Below are positions 50,612 to 64,000 of a DNA stretch of 64,000 nt, one piece after another. The translations under genes and the position numbers were made by a program. The stretch covers positions 24,324 to 88,323 of the forward strand of contig NMRA01000819.1 in the NCBI GenBank assembly GCA_002633005.1, read 5' to 3'. This DNA comes from Phoronis australis (lineage: Eukaryota > Animalia > Phoronida). The first letter of the stretch is position 1, and each line of letters opens with the position of its first letter. The notes under the pieces were generated by a model, which ran no database searches, was not told the DNA's origin, and saw nothing but the letters and a program-made list of their open reading frames with translations.

Positions 50612-53600
50612 GGAGGCAGGAGTCTTACTCGTGAGAAAATGAGCAAGTTGTACTTTGCTCCCCGACTTCCGGTCACCATTAGCGGATATTAGAGCTTAGC
50701 CAAGCAAAATGGACAATTATAATACCACAACCTAGAAATAATTTATGCAAATTATGTTAATAACTAGTAGTATAAATATTTTCTCAGATATTTTGTGAAT
50801 TTTAACAATTTTATCGTATGTCAGATCTAATTTCTGACGCAGTCTTTAAATCAAAAACCGGACGATCACCGCACAAATAAAAAAGTTCGTGTTCAATTCA
50901 ACGTTTCGTCTTTTCATTAGACATCCAGATAGAGTGAAGTGAGAGATACATATTGTATGTATCTCTCACTTCACTCTATGGATGTTATCTGAGCTGAATG
51001 TTGGCACGTATTGTCCTAAATTGTTGTAAATATGATCCTGATGATGTCTAATGAAAAGACGAAAAGTTGAATTGAACATGAACTTTTTTATTTGTGCGGC
51101 GATCGTCCGGTTTTTGATCTTATTGTGGCCAAAAACTGATTTAATTAGTCTTTAAATCATTTGCACGAAACAAACCCAGATAAATGTCACAAATGATTGA
51201 GTGCTCACGTACACTGATATTATTTCTGAATAACGTATTTTTCCTGTTGTAATTTCACTACCAACGTCTGCTAACCTCGCGCTACACCAGCTGGCAGTTC
51301 TAGCAACGCTAAGTCATACCAATGAAATTACTTGGAAGCCTAATGTTATAAATTACATATGCCTGTTATTACCATGCCACAATACATACGCCTGTTATAA
51401 CCATATTCCACATTACAAGACAAGTGATGTAAGCCGATAAGTTTCTGAATGAGTAACTCGAGGTTGTCGTTTGAAAAGTTAAAGCTCATCGCGTCGATGT
51501 CAATGGGAAAGGCTGTCTCGAGGACCATCTATATCGCCTAAAGCGTTAACACCGATAGCCGGGGTATTAAGTACCGTGCTGTGGCGGTGATACATTCGAG
51601 CGGTTAACCCACATTCATACAGAATGATCAAGACGAGTCATAATTGTGAACGTTGATATGAAAAAGTTTCTGATAACCGCCAAATACAATGTACTCGTGT
51701 TGGCCGCTACCTTAATCCACCGATAGGCAATACCCAATTATGTTTAATAGACAACTAACACCCACTTGAACATACAGTTCTAAGGCGATACGCCGACTTA
51801 GTTATGGAATTCACGATTGGTTCCTCTGTCAGTTTGGCACTTTGCTCTCCAATCTATCAAAAACAATTCATTTGATTTTTGCAACTTACAATCGATCTTA
51901 ACTTCTTCGCTGACCCGGAATAGCTTTAAAAGACTATTGATGCCGTTGAGTTCGGCTTATCACGGCTGGTCAACTATTTCGGCGGTCGCAACAAAGAAAC
52001 GACTGAGATGGGAATCCCGGGCACCCGCTACATACATTTGAACCCATGAATAAGAAAGCGATGACTGCGTTGGTACATGGTAGGATAGAACGTATGAAAA
52101 AATAATAACTTTATAGGTTTTTGACCCCTGACCATATGCTGTAGGGACAAGCACATGGATGGTTAATGTCTGTTCAACAGCAGTTGCTGTTGAACAAAAT
52201 CGACTGGCTTTGGCAAAAACTCCTGTCGGAGATTACAGAGTTTTTAGTTTTTCATCTATTTCTTTAACGGTTGTTGGGAGGCGGTTGCCTGGGACTTCTT
52301 TCCTCGAGCGACGGTGCCGAGATGCCGGTGTTCCGTCGAAGATCCAAGGATAAATGTAAATTATGTGTTCGTGTCTTTACATTTGGAGATTTCGTTTTTG
52401 CAATGAATATTGTCGGGTTAGCTGTTGCGTTGTGTTACCTAATGCAAGAGCCAGTGTTATTCTGAACATACGAGATGACTCTGATGAACCTTTAGAGTAG
52501 GCACAAGTTAGTCCAAGTTGAGCTGCACTTCATAGCAAAGATAATTTATTGCCAACATACACAAATGTTATCTGGTTATGAGCGCAGATATGAACAGCGA
52601 AACAAAGTCATCTGTTGAGTTGTTGACACGATACCAATCAAAGCATTCCATCAGTTGTTACAATGCTTGCGTGTAATGGTTGAATATGTAATTAGTAAAA
52701 TGTCAACTCAGGGTACGAAACTGTTTTGTTTCAGTTGGTACCTTTACGTAGGCCTATATACACAAGTGTAGCAAACTAGTCAATGAGTCTTAGTGTCTCC
52801 CCGATTTATGCGTCGGTAATAAGCTCAAACACACCTCGTCACCGATTCCCTGATTTTATTTCAGTCGGCCGTGTACCTCAACAGTTCAGCCTGGTGTACA
52901 TGTGCGTAGACACGATTTGAAAGGCATAGTGGGTTTATCACTTGACGTTTAGATAATGAACGGGTGAGGAGGTTTACGTGAATTGAATTTGACAGTATGA
53001 TAGTAACACGACTGTTTGTTTACCAGAGGACCGTCAAACACTGGGTGTATCTAGATAGCCCACGCAAAAAGAATGATGGAATGCGCACGTAAATTCTTCT
53101 TTCAAATCTTTTTTTGTCGATAAGGGCGCATTCTTTTTTGTTTATGTAAACAACAATTCATATTTGTTCTTCGGTATTTGTGTTATTGGCAAACACCTTT
53201 TACTGAGCCGAATTTTCTTAATGGTTTCTTGTTTCCTTTCCTTGTAATTTTATAATGTAGGCCCAAGGACGTTTTTTGTTGTAACATAACTGAACGCCAA
53301 CACTTTAAAGCTGTATACCGTGTGCACTCACCTAGGACGAATTTTCTGAATAGGGGTGTGTAAATTAAGGCGAACAAAAGTTCGTCGTCACCGTGTTTTC
53401 CACGGCTGGCGCTGAATCTAGCTCGAAAATTATGAACTTGCTAAAACAAAAAATAGTGGAGATGTAGATAATCAGTACTGTTATATAAAGAAACATGTTC
53501 TTTGCAACTGGAAATCATAGTGTCATTCCAAAATTAATCCCTTCGTCCACCCACCGCATCCCTGTAGTTCTGTTATAGGTGAGTGTATCCGTCACCTTTG

Positions 53601-54229
53601 GACACATCAAGCTAGGACTCAGTGATGCTGAAACTATAAAGGTCTTTTCGTCGCCATATTAGTGCGAGTACAAGTAACGGTATTCGCCAGCCTGAGGTCC
53701 ACATGTAAATATTGACTTTCTAAATATTAACACTATTTTCAGCGACATTGACGAGAGAATGACCTTCATTCATGGGGTCTGCACGTCTTCTTATCTGTGA
53801 CGGGCAAACACGAAGAGTGATATATTATTAAATTATAAAATGTAACAAAAGATAAGGCATCTTCAAGTAGCGCCGTTAGATATTCAGATGAGCGTCTCAC
53901 TAATGACTAGTTTAAACCTACTGAACCAGTTACACACTATTAGAGCACAGGATATACCCGCCCGGCTGATCTTCTATCAGTCCATAGCACGGGGCCACGC
54001 CGCCAACTAGTCGAGTGTCGGCGTATTTTGGCTTTTCCTTCACACCATGCTCATAAATGCTGGAATTTAGTTACAATCAATTTTAGAATGATGTTTTGAG
54101 AATTTTTTCTTCAATTTGATTACTATTAATCAAGAAATAAACGCAAAATTTAAAACATTAAATATTTTGTGTGACGTCACCAGTGCATCCGTTTTCTAGC
54201 CGCGAGCTCAACTGAGCATTTTGGAAAGT

Positions 54230-54420
54230 TGCATGTGTGGATGATACTGTAATAGCAATCGGACAGACAATATTTCAGTTTATGCATTTCTAAAAGACCC
54301 TAAGATCGCTCAGAAATGGCACAGGTTCGTGCGTCGGACGCGGGTATAACAGCACACGGTGGAGCAAGCGATAAGTTCAGGAGCTTGTGTTCAGCTCATT
54401 TTGTGGAATCGTTCTTTGAT
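54230..54420 (+). pseudogene. Decayed THAP zinc-finger fragment (DNA transposon relic)
   Basis: CMCG*YCNSNRTDNISVYAFLKDPKIAQKWHRFVRRTR, then frameshifted SLCSAHFVESFF (C2CH THAP pattern with conserved F, W and LCSxHF). Confidence 0.7.
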
Positions 54421-57400
54421 TCGTCGCAAAAATTTGATGAAGGTTTCTCCATGGAGAAGAGTGTAGCGTATTGTACCATTGGTGAGAAAGTAGCTGTCAG
54501 ACACAGATTGAGTATGAGCCTCTGTCACACACTGTATGTGATTGGTTTCCATCAAACTATCCTTGGTCAAAATGTTGTGTGAATCCATCATATCCACATA
54601 TGCGTCAATGTCTAATTGTAGAAAATGGAATGCACTAAAACGACACAAAGATTTCATAATTTTGGAACAGACAAGACAAAAACGAGAAATAAAATCCAGA
54701 TAGTATCACAATAATTAGATATAACTGTTTCTGACAAACGAACTCTGCATTCGGAGAAACGAAATCAGTGTCCGCTATTCGCGACTGGGACACTAACAGT
54801 CAGGGTAAAAACTTCGGTTCGATTTGGAGTTCGATATTACTCGACGCTAAAGTGGTTAAAAATTAAATGGTGATGCAATAAAAGGCTTTAATTACCACTA
54901 TGAAGTCAGGACTGTCCGCAGACTGGGTAGGCTCCGACTCGGCTTCACTCGCTGAAGACGCCGGTGTGGGAGGATCAAGTCATCCGTACGGTCTCAAATA
55001 CGACAAGTCTGTCGAACTGACGAGGTCTAACTCATTACCTGTTTCACCTATAGCCCGAGTGTCGTATTCAACCCCATCTCCATACCTATCTTCATAATAC
55101 TCATCAAGCTCGCTCTATCAGTCTGCCACTACTATCCCGCGCTATTACTAATGTAATGTCAACTGATCAACGTCTTCTACTGATTACATCACGTGGCGGG
55201 AAACCAAACAATCAATAAATTTTCTTTAAAATTCGAAATTCCTCAATTATTCTCCAATATAAGTATTTGTTTAGTTAAATTTTCTGTTATAAAATTGTTA
55301 TACACTGTCTAAAACCTCAATAAGTGTAAACATGCATTGTAGGAACAGTTCAAGATATCGTCTCAAATGGGAAGTACACTTACCTCTGGTAGCTTACGGT
55401 CTTGTGTTTGCTATCATATTGTCTCATATGGGATACCTCTGGTACCTCACGTTCTTGCGTTTGCTATATTAACAGGCTATGTGGGCTTCTTGGCTAATTA
55501 ATATTCAGTGAAGTAGATATCGGTAGCATTGATACTTGCCTTGTCCAGGTTAGGGTTTTACCACTTCTCATTGTTTTGGGTAGCCTCTTCAAAACAAGTT
55601 CCTACTAGAGACGGCTCCTGATTGGTCATAATGACATCCGGTAAGACACCACTAGAGCCTGATCCATACTGCAGCTTTGCGATGGACACTCATATAACTA
55701 ATCGAAATTAAATTCTGAGGCTCGGGAATTTTGACCCAGTGTTTAAAAATGCATTATCATGACCACCACTGGAATGAAGTTCCAGTCCTAAAAAGCACAC
55801 AAGATCATAGCAATGAGATCCGATTCAAAGTCACGTGGTGCAAGTCACTATCATTTTAATTTTCCCCGTTCCGCAGAAACTACACTATAAAACGCTCAGT
55901 GCACCATACAGAAGACCTAAACGTGTTGAACGAACCGAATTTAGACTATATGGGTGTACAGATGACGCCTTGACTCCCTAGCAACAAGTGAAGAATGGAG
56001 TCACCGACACTTAGCGACACGCTCTGTCCATGCACATCAACTGCATTGCACACAGTTATTACATTCATTTAGAGAAGTTGAGATGTATTTTTGAATATCG
56101 TGACCACAATTCTCGAGACAGGCGTTACTCAAAGTTCCAGTGGCCCGATGAATTGCACTCAATTCCTCATTTGTGGCAACAGATGATGGAGGTCGATGGC
56201 TCAACATGTCTCCTTCATCTTAATTGGCACATGGTTCCGTTTGCATTTCACGAGTATGTGTAGTTAAGTTTTACTAAGCTCGAGCTAACAAACGTGTTTA
56301 GTTGACCGAGGAGGCTACTGAGGAACTGGTAACACAGCAAAGCATCAAACTGCTGTTTTAAAACAACCCCCCGCTCTTTGGGATCGACTTGAAACCTTAC
56401 TCAGATTTGATATTGTGGGGATTTTTGCGCTCGCGCTACTAACACAAGTTGTGAAATTGGCTTCTTTGTATGCAAACAGAAGTACTGCTCATGACACTGA
56501 TCAACAGATATTTATGGTTTCAGTCGAAATGACACAGATCATTACTGGAGTTGATCTACACAATTAAACGCCATCTTTTTGTAAGGCATATAATTCCTCA
56601 ATAACAAAGTAGTGTATACGAGCGCGAAGAGGATCATATTTCATTGATATTGCGTTCGTAAAATGATGCATTAAATTTCATCTAAGTAGGCCCATTCTAG
56701 CCCCCTCTCTCGTCAGTGTGTTGGTATTATGCAGCCATCTGCCGCACCAGGGGGCTGGTTGATCAAATGGCCATCCCTCAGCTCATATTGTAATAGTCAT
56801 AAGTTCAATTTGAACGGGTCAGAAGTCGCTATTCAAGTGAAATTCAATAGGTCGTTATAACTGAATGACAGGCAATATATTACCCAATTCCATTTTTATT
56901 AAATTAGCGATAAGACCTTATGCTATTTTTGTGCTCATATAAGATGGGTGATGTGGTTAATGCGAGTAGTGGAGTGAGTTTCATCATCTGCAATAGATAC
57001 ACGTATGAATGAAATGTGCAAACCCACATACAATTCGAGACAAGACATTATTGTATACCTTTCATGTACAGTGTCAGCGACGTACATGTACATATCATAA
57101 AACTGGAGATTGACGTGAAATATAGCAATAAATACGCCCTACGTTGACCCACCCTAACCAAACAATCGCCAAAGCTAAGTGCAAATATTGAAAAATTGTT
57201 CTCAAATTAATCACACGGCTTACGCTATAACAACCGTGCGGTCCACAACACGTTTACGAAATCAATAATTGGTATTGAAGCCCAGATACGTTTATTCATC
57301 GACCGTGCAAGCTGGGTTAGCCAAGGAAACAGTGACTTTTAACGGTGAGATCTTTTCAATGCACAAGCATTAGATTGTTAGTTATTCGGTTATCGGGCCT

Positions 57401-57461
57401 CTCAATGATGTCACCGTGTCATCATTTTGGACAACCCATGCACTCAGTGGACGGAGAGGAT

Positions 57462-60400
57462 GACAATCGTTTGTAGTGGACACAGCTAGTGTTATGCTGT
57501 TACTAAGAACGGGTCATTCAATTTGCTAATTTCAGTAAGATAATGTCGTCTAGAATGACATATTTGGCCATAAAAATAACAGGCACTTGTAGTTATATAT
57601 AGAGAGAGTTCTTGTCTGTCTAGGGTCGCAAAATGCCGGGTTCGAGGACGGAATCCACACCTGACATGTGTATATTTGGTTTGACTGTCTTTTCGACTAC
57701 AGAGGGGCTCGCTCAGATGCGCCTCATATAAAGACAAGAGAAAACTCGAGATGTTGTTTTATCATTTATAATCGCAACCAACATGCGCTAATTTGCTTGC
57801 GCTCCACGTTTTAGACGGGCTGTGTACTCAAAGTTCGATTTGTATTTGAATTAGGCTTTTGTGGACCCAGTCGGGTGAATGCAACTGGTTAGCAATTGAA
57901 TGTAGACCAACGTAAACATTCTATTCAGCTGCATGCACGATTGCACCATATACATGACAGGATTATGTGAATGGCAACGCGCGGTCAAAGCACTGCGTTT
58001 GTGTAGCATGACACTATAAGTGAGCTAGGGCTCTCGAGATGGATGCTAATCGATTGACAGTGTAAATGCAGTCCACGCATATTGACCGTCTACAAAAAGG
58101 AACCTTATTGGAGGTTTCGTTCATTTTATCAAAATGATAAAGTCTTTTGAAAACTTTAGTTGTATTGCCTCTCTCAGCGCCCTCTATCGGTCATGGATTT
58201 TAAGGAAGGTTAAAAAACACAAAAGCAAACGAACAAAAAACATGAGTCTAACGAAGCTCTTTTTCACAAGTGACAAACTTGAGAGACGTGAACGTCCTTT
58301 CAAAAATAAGCAACTGGGAGATAATGATTCTTCCCTACATTTTCCTCTTGAACCGTGCAAGTAAAACGATCCCCATCGAATTTCATAAGCGTCTTTTTCG
58401 GATCTTGTTTGTTGTAGAAATCTGTGGTACATCTTTGGGACAGAAAATGCCAATTTTTTAAACTGCTGAATGGTTTCTTCTCTAGTGATTTAATCCCGTC
58501 TACTGTCAATGCGTCACAGGCTATGATGTTAATCTGCGTACACGGTGTTGATGGAACATTATGGAAGTGTTGCACAATGACATTATTTCGTTTATACTGA
58601 TGACACTGAGTCGATTATTTAGATGAGGATACAGGTTGTAATGGTGACATTCATAACAAATACGACGACGAAGATAATGGTGATGAAGACGACGTTTATG
58701 ATGAAGTTTGTGATGGTGACTGTGTGATGACGAAGATAAATTATTATAATAATGATAATAAGTATAATAGCTTACAATTATAACGAGTATGCAATGGTTA
58801 TTTTGTGTAAGTCTTTCTTAAGTAACTGTGTTTTACCCTATTAGCAGTACAATTAAGGTCATCGTCTTAAAAACTAATCTTCATTCGTGTACACCCACAC
58901 TCGAATTTTTGTAAACGTGAAACTGCGACACAGTTCGTACGAAAATAAACAATTGTTAGCGTGTGCATTGTACATCTCTGCCGCCTAGGTGGCTATGAAG
59001 GTCGGATGTGTGATGTCGACCATATTGTATTTCTAGTTCTCGGAAAACATGAAATAACATACTTTTTAGTTCACGGTGAATTGCATTCTTCTCAACTCTA
59101 TTGTTAGTATCTCGTTTTTGTTGTATACATAACCTAGAGAGGCATTGCACAACACATACATCCGGGACTTGTTCGAATGTTAGGTATAAATATTATTTAC
59201 ACAATGTAGATTTGCTTTTTAGCGAGCTTATATTACAAGACTTTTTAGCGAGATTATATTACAAGACTTTTTAGCGAGATTATATTACAAGACTTTTTAG
59301 CGAGATTATATTACAAGACTTTTAGCGAGATTATATTACAAGACCTTTTAGCGAGATTATATTACAAGACTTTTTAGCGAGATTATATTACAAGACTTTT
59401 TAGCGAGATTATATTACAAGACTTTTTAGCGAGATTATATTACAAGACTTTTTNTAAGCGTCACCTAGCGGATCAAGAATGTTACAAATTTCTGGCGTTG
59501 GACAATCGTTTGTAGTGGACACAGCGAGTGTTATGCTGTTACTAAGAACGGGTCATTTAATTTGCTGATTTCAGTAAGATAATGTCGTCTAGAATGACAT
59601 ATTTGGCCATAAAAATAACAGGCACTTGTAGTTATATATAGAGAGAGTTCTTGGCTGTCTAGGGTCGCAAAATGCCGGGTTCGAGGACGGAATCCACACC
59701 TGACATGTGTATATTTGGTTTGTCTTTTCGACTACAGAGGGGCACGCTCAGATGCGCCTCATATAAAGACAAGACAAAACTCGAGATGTTGTTTTATCAT
59801 TTATAATCGCAACCAACATGCGCTAATTTGCTTGCGCTCCACGTTTTAGACGGGCTGTGTACTCAAAGTTCGATTTGTATTTGAATTAGGCTTTTGTGGA
59901 CCCAGTCGGGTGAATGCAACTGGTTAGCAATTGAATGTAGACCAACGTAAACATTCTATTCAGCTGCAAGCACGATTGCGCCATATACATGACAGGATTA
60001 TGTGAATGGCAACGCGCGGTCAAAGCACTGTGTTCGTGTAGCATGACACTATAAGTGAGCTAGGGCTCTCGAGATGGATGCTAATCGATTGACAGTGTAA
60101 ATGCAGTCCACGCATATTGACCGTCTACAAAAAAGAACCTTATTGGAGGTTTCGTTCATTTTATCAAAATGATAAAGTCTTTCGAAAACTTTAGTTGTAT
60201 TGCCTCCCTCAGCGCCCTCTATCGGTCATGGATTTTAAGGAAGGTTAAAAAACACAAAAGCAAACGAACAAAAAACAGGAGTCTAACGAAGCTCTTTTTC
60301 ACAAGTGACAAACTTGAGAGACGTGAACGTCCTTTCAAAAATAAGCAACTGGGAGATAATGATTCTTCCCAACATTTTCCTCTTGAACCGTGCAAGTAAA

Positions 60401-62952
60401 ACGATCCCCATCGAATTTCATAAGCGTCTTTTTCGGATCTTGTTTGTTGTAGAAATCTGTGGTACATCTTTGGGACACAAAATGCCAATTTTTTAAACTG
60501 CTGAATGGTTTCTTCTCTAGTGCTTTAATCCCGTCTACTGTCAATGCGTCACAGGCTATGATGTTAATCTGCGTACACGGTGTTGATGGAACATGATGGA
60601 AGTGTTGCACAATGACATTATTTCGTTTATACTGATGACACTGAGTCGATTATTTAGATGAGGATACAGGTTGTAATGGTGACCTTCATAACGAATACGA
60701 CGACGAAGATAATGGTGATGAAGACGACGTTTATGATGAAGTTTGTGATGGTGACTGTGTGATGACGCAGATAAATTATTATAATGATAATAAGTATAAT
60801 AATGATAATAAGTATAATAGCTTACAATTATAACGAGTATGCAATGATTATTTTGTGTAAGTCTTTCTTAAGTAACTGTGTTTTACCCTGTTAGCAGTAC
60901 AATTAAGGTCTAATCTTCGTTCGTGTACACCCACACTCGAATTTTTGTAAACGTGAAACTGCGACACAGTTCGTACGAAAATAAACAATTGTTAGCGTGT
61001 GCATTGTGCATCTCTGCCGCCTAGGGGGCGATGAAGGTCGGATGTGTGACGTCGACCATATTGTATTTCTAGTTCTTGGAAAACATGAAATAACATACTT
61101 TTTAGTTCACGGTGAATTGCATTCTTCTCAGCTCTATTGTTAGTATCTCGTTTTTGTTGTATACATAACCTAGAGAGGTATTGCACAACACATACATCCG
61201 GGACTTGTTCGAATTTTAGGTATACATATTATTTACACAATGTAGATTTGCTTTTTAGCGAGATTATATTACAAGACTTTTTAGCGAGATTATATTACAA
61301 GACTTTTTAGATGGCATTAAATACAAATATGTGAACAACGCATATAAACTCAAAACGAAGAATATAATTCGCTTAAAAGCAGAGCTTGTGGAGAAGTAAA
61401 GGGTGTAACCTGTAATGTTTTACCTCCTTTCATCCAAGAAAATTCCTAGTGTAACTTTCGTGGATCTAACTTCATATCTAGACTAAATTATTAAGCGCCC
61501 TGTCGCAAAGAACTTCACTCAACAGTTGAACTTGGCTATTCAGTTGTTGGAGTATTGAAAACAACATGAACATTGACCTACTGCATTAAAGTCAATCAGA
61601 ATGAAAACAACATGAACTTTGACCTACTGCATTAAAGTCAATCAGAATGAAAGCAACATGAACTTTGACCTACTGCATTAAAGTCCATCAGATTCACCTG
61701 TGACATTCACCAGGCAAGCTCAGTCTTTTCTCTGACTCTACAAGCTCAACATTGGTTTTAATGCATTTATTTTCTATTCATCGTTATGTTAAACATGGCG
61801 TTCCATTTCTTTTTATTGGGTTTAATAGATAAACGTTCGAATTGGCCGCAGGCTGATCTCGCGGCAGGCGTCAGTTGATGTAAAATATTAAAACAGAGAA
61901 AAGTGAGATCATCCTAGCGCCAACGAAGGGCGTGTATTAATATGACGTCGTGTTCAACAAAGTTTGACTCAGAGAGATACTCTATTATAACTATCATTGG
62001 AGTGATGGTCTGAGTATTGATTTGAACTTTTTAATTTACCTTCACAGCACAACAAATCATCTTGTCCAATGCATACATGCAACCCATTTCTAGCTGGTCA
62101 CCGTTAACGACCACAGGGTCAACCAGAACTCACGGACATGTACGGAGTTGAAAGTTCATAGGTCAGAATTTGCAAGAAGAAACAAGACAAAATTTGTGCG
62201 CTTGTATTTTTAGTTCTCATAATAAGTTTTTGTTATTGAATAAAAAGCAAGCCCCCCAACGTGGATATATACCTTTGTATATATGTAGTCAGTCAATGCA
62301 AGCATTATGTTTTTGATGATGTCTCAGCATTATTTTTTAACGTGCATGTATCATCGTTAATAGTTTGNAACAACATGAACATTGACCTACTGCATTAAAG
62401 TCCATTTCTTTTTATTGGGTTTAATAGATAAACGTTCGAATTGGCCGCAGGCTGATCTCGCGGCAGGCGTCAGTTGATGTAAAATATTTAAAACAGAGAA
62501 AAGTGAGATCATCCTAGCGCCAACGAAGGGTGTGTATTAATATGACGTCGTGTTCAGCAAAATTTGACTCAGAGAGATACTCTATTATAACTATCATTGG
62601 AGTGATGGTCTGAGTATTGATTTGAACTTTTTAATTTACCTTCACAGCACAACAAATCATCTTGTCCAATGCATACATGCAACCCATTTCTAGCTGGTCA
62701 CTGTTAACGACCACAGGGTCAACCAGAACTCACGGACATGTACGGAGTTGAAAGTTCATAGGTCAGAATTTGCAAGAAGAAACAAGACAAAATTTGTGCG
62801 CTTGTATTTTTAGTTCTCATAATAAGTTTTTGTTATTGAATAAAAAGCAAGCCCCCCAACATGGATAAATACCTCAGTCAATGCAAGCATTATGTTTTTG
62901 ATGATGTCTCAGCATTATTTTTTAACGTGCATGTATCATCGTTAATAGTTTG
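57462..62952. other. Duplications 57462-59453 / 59501-61309 (N at 59454) and ~61560-62367 / 62369-62952 (N at 62368)
   Basis: Paired near-identical sequence abutting single Ns. Confidence 0.85.
59216..59453. repeat. 26-bp minisatellite, ~9 copies (only ~2 copies in the duplicate at 61253-61309)
   Basis: TTTTTAGCGAGATTATATTACAAGAC. Confidence 0.93.
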
Positions 62953-64000
62953 GTATCGGTCAGTCACGCCTGTTTTGTTAATATTGGCTTTTATCTGCTT
63001 TCAGCGTGAACCGGAGTTTTGTCCGTTCATCCTTAAGGATTTGTTAAATCTAAAATATCTAAATGTCATAAAAGTTATTTATGTTGAATAATTAATATGT
63101 GACGACCTGTAATGTTAGTGTCATACACGATGACATTTTCTTTTGAGTTAGCAGGAAAGCACTTTATAAAAATGTATTTTGTCTGCACTCGATAACCAAG
63201 TGACAACATAAGCTTTTAATAAAGTATCTCTAGATACTCCTTATCGATAGCGCCATCTATCGTTAGGATGTCATTTCATGACTGGGTAAAAGTCGCCATC
63301 ACAGAGAACGTACTTCTTGTCGTTGAAACTAATAACGAATAGCCTGCATCGAAGTCTACACGACTGTTCTTCCCATTGATGACTCATAGCGTTAATTTTA
63401 GTACTGCTAATTAATGGGGGTTACTTGGTGTGGTTTACAAATTACTAAATTTATAAATTTATTCACATATTCATCAATCTTGTGTTTCTATTGCTAAAAC
63501 ATAGCAAAGCTCAATCCCAAAAGTACACAGATCAGACATATGTGTAAAACAATAAGTAGACATGGAACAAACCTTAACAGAAATCCTAATATTGTTTGTT
63601 GATGGTTATTCGTTGTCGTGCAACAGAAATTAAATTTGTTGGCAAGTGATCCAGTGAAGTAGGTCTTTGAGTAATAGCAAAGTTGGTAATAGCTTGTGGT
63701 TGGTGTGTTTATGGTCGGTCTATATCACGATGCTGTGAGTCACAAATAGAACACGTTATTCCAGACATAGCCCGCTCGCTTCACTGACCTCAATATACAA
63801 GAATATCTCGTGTGGATATGTCAGTTGACATGCAGGTGGGCAGTCGTACCCGGCGGTTGATCTGAAAATGGATGCAGTGGATGAAAACGCACATTTACCA
63901 AATATAAATGCAACATTGCACAAAGACTTGGTGAAATGTATTGTACTCAGATGCACAGGAACCCCAACCTTATCAAGCTTCATTACCTGTTCAGAGAGCA

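Larger units (their letters stand above)
42813..52502. other. Two overlapping duplications: 42813-44286 / 44288-45703 (N at 44287) and 45558-48947 / 49714-52502 (gap 48948-49713)
   Basis: Paired near-identical sequence and paired ORFs in the ORF track, with allelic-level differences. Confidence 0.85.

Noticed and set aside
55450-56280. Possible decayed retroelement esterase fragment (VGDSILH on the minus strand)
   Set aside because: A single short motif amid many stops; cannot be supported without a search

Overview
Eukaryotic draft-assembly DNA, AT-rich with GT-AG introns; an invertebrate animal, possibly a lophotrochozoan, by inference. It is not prokaryotic, and no CRISPR, rRNA or tRNA genes were found. 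The left part (1-21.5 kb) holds 14 phase-consistent minus-strand exons (932 codons) of an AASDH/ACSF4 NRPS-like gene (adenylation, thiolation and PQQ-type propeller domains); its first and last exons were not located, and its introns are packed with unrelated minisatellites. At 34.1-39.9 kb (minus strand) is an intact two-exon, 1750-aa ABCA-family full transporter with a 4.7-kb first exon, in which both composite ATPase sites carry non-canonical substitutions. This candidate intron-poor pseudo-ATPase ABCA is the most striking item. The rest is TE-rich: a Helentron-type non-autonomous element with a nested TTAA/TIR Kolobok-like THAP relic, two further THAP/KolX-like relics, a Harbinger-type MITE present in only one of two duplicated copies, and a Penelope-like inverted repeat with a hammerhead-like core. 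Eight tandem duplications centred on N or gap positions are probably uncollapsed haplotypes. Family assignments come from motif recognition by eye; no searches were run.
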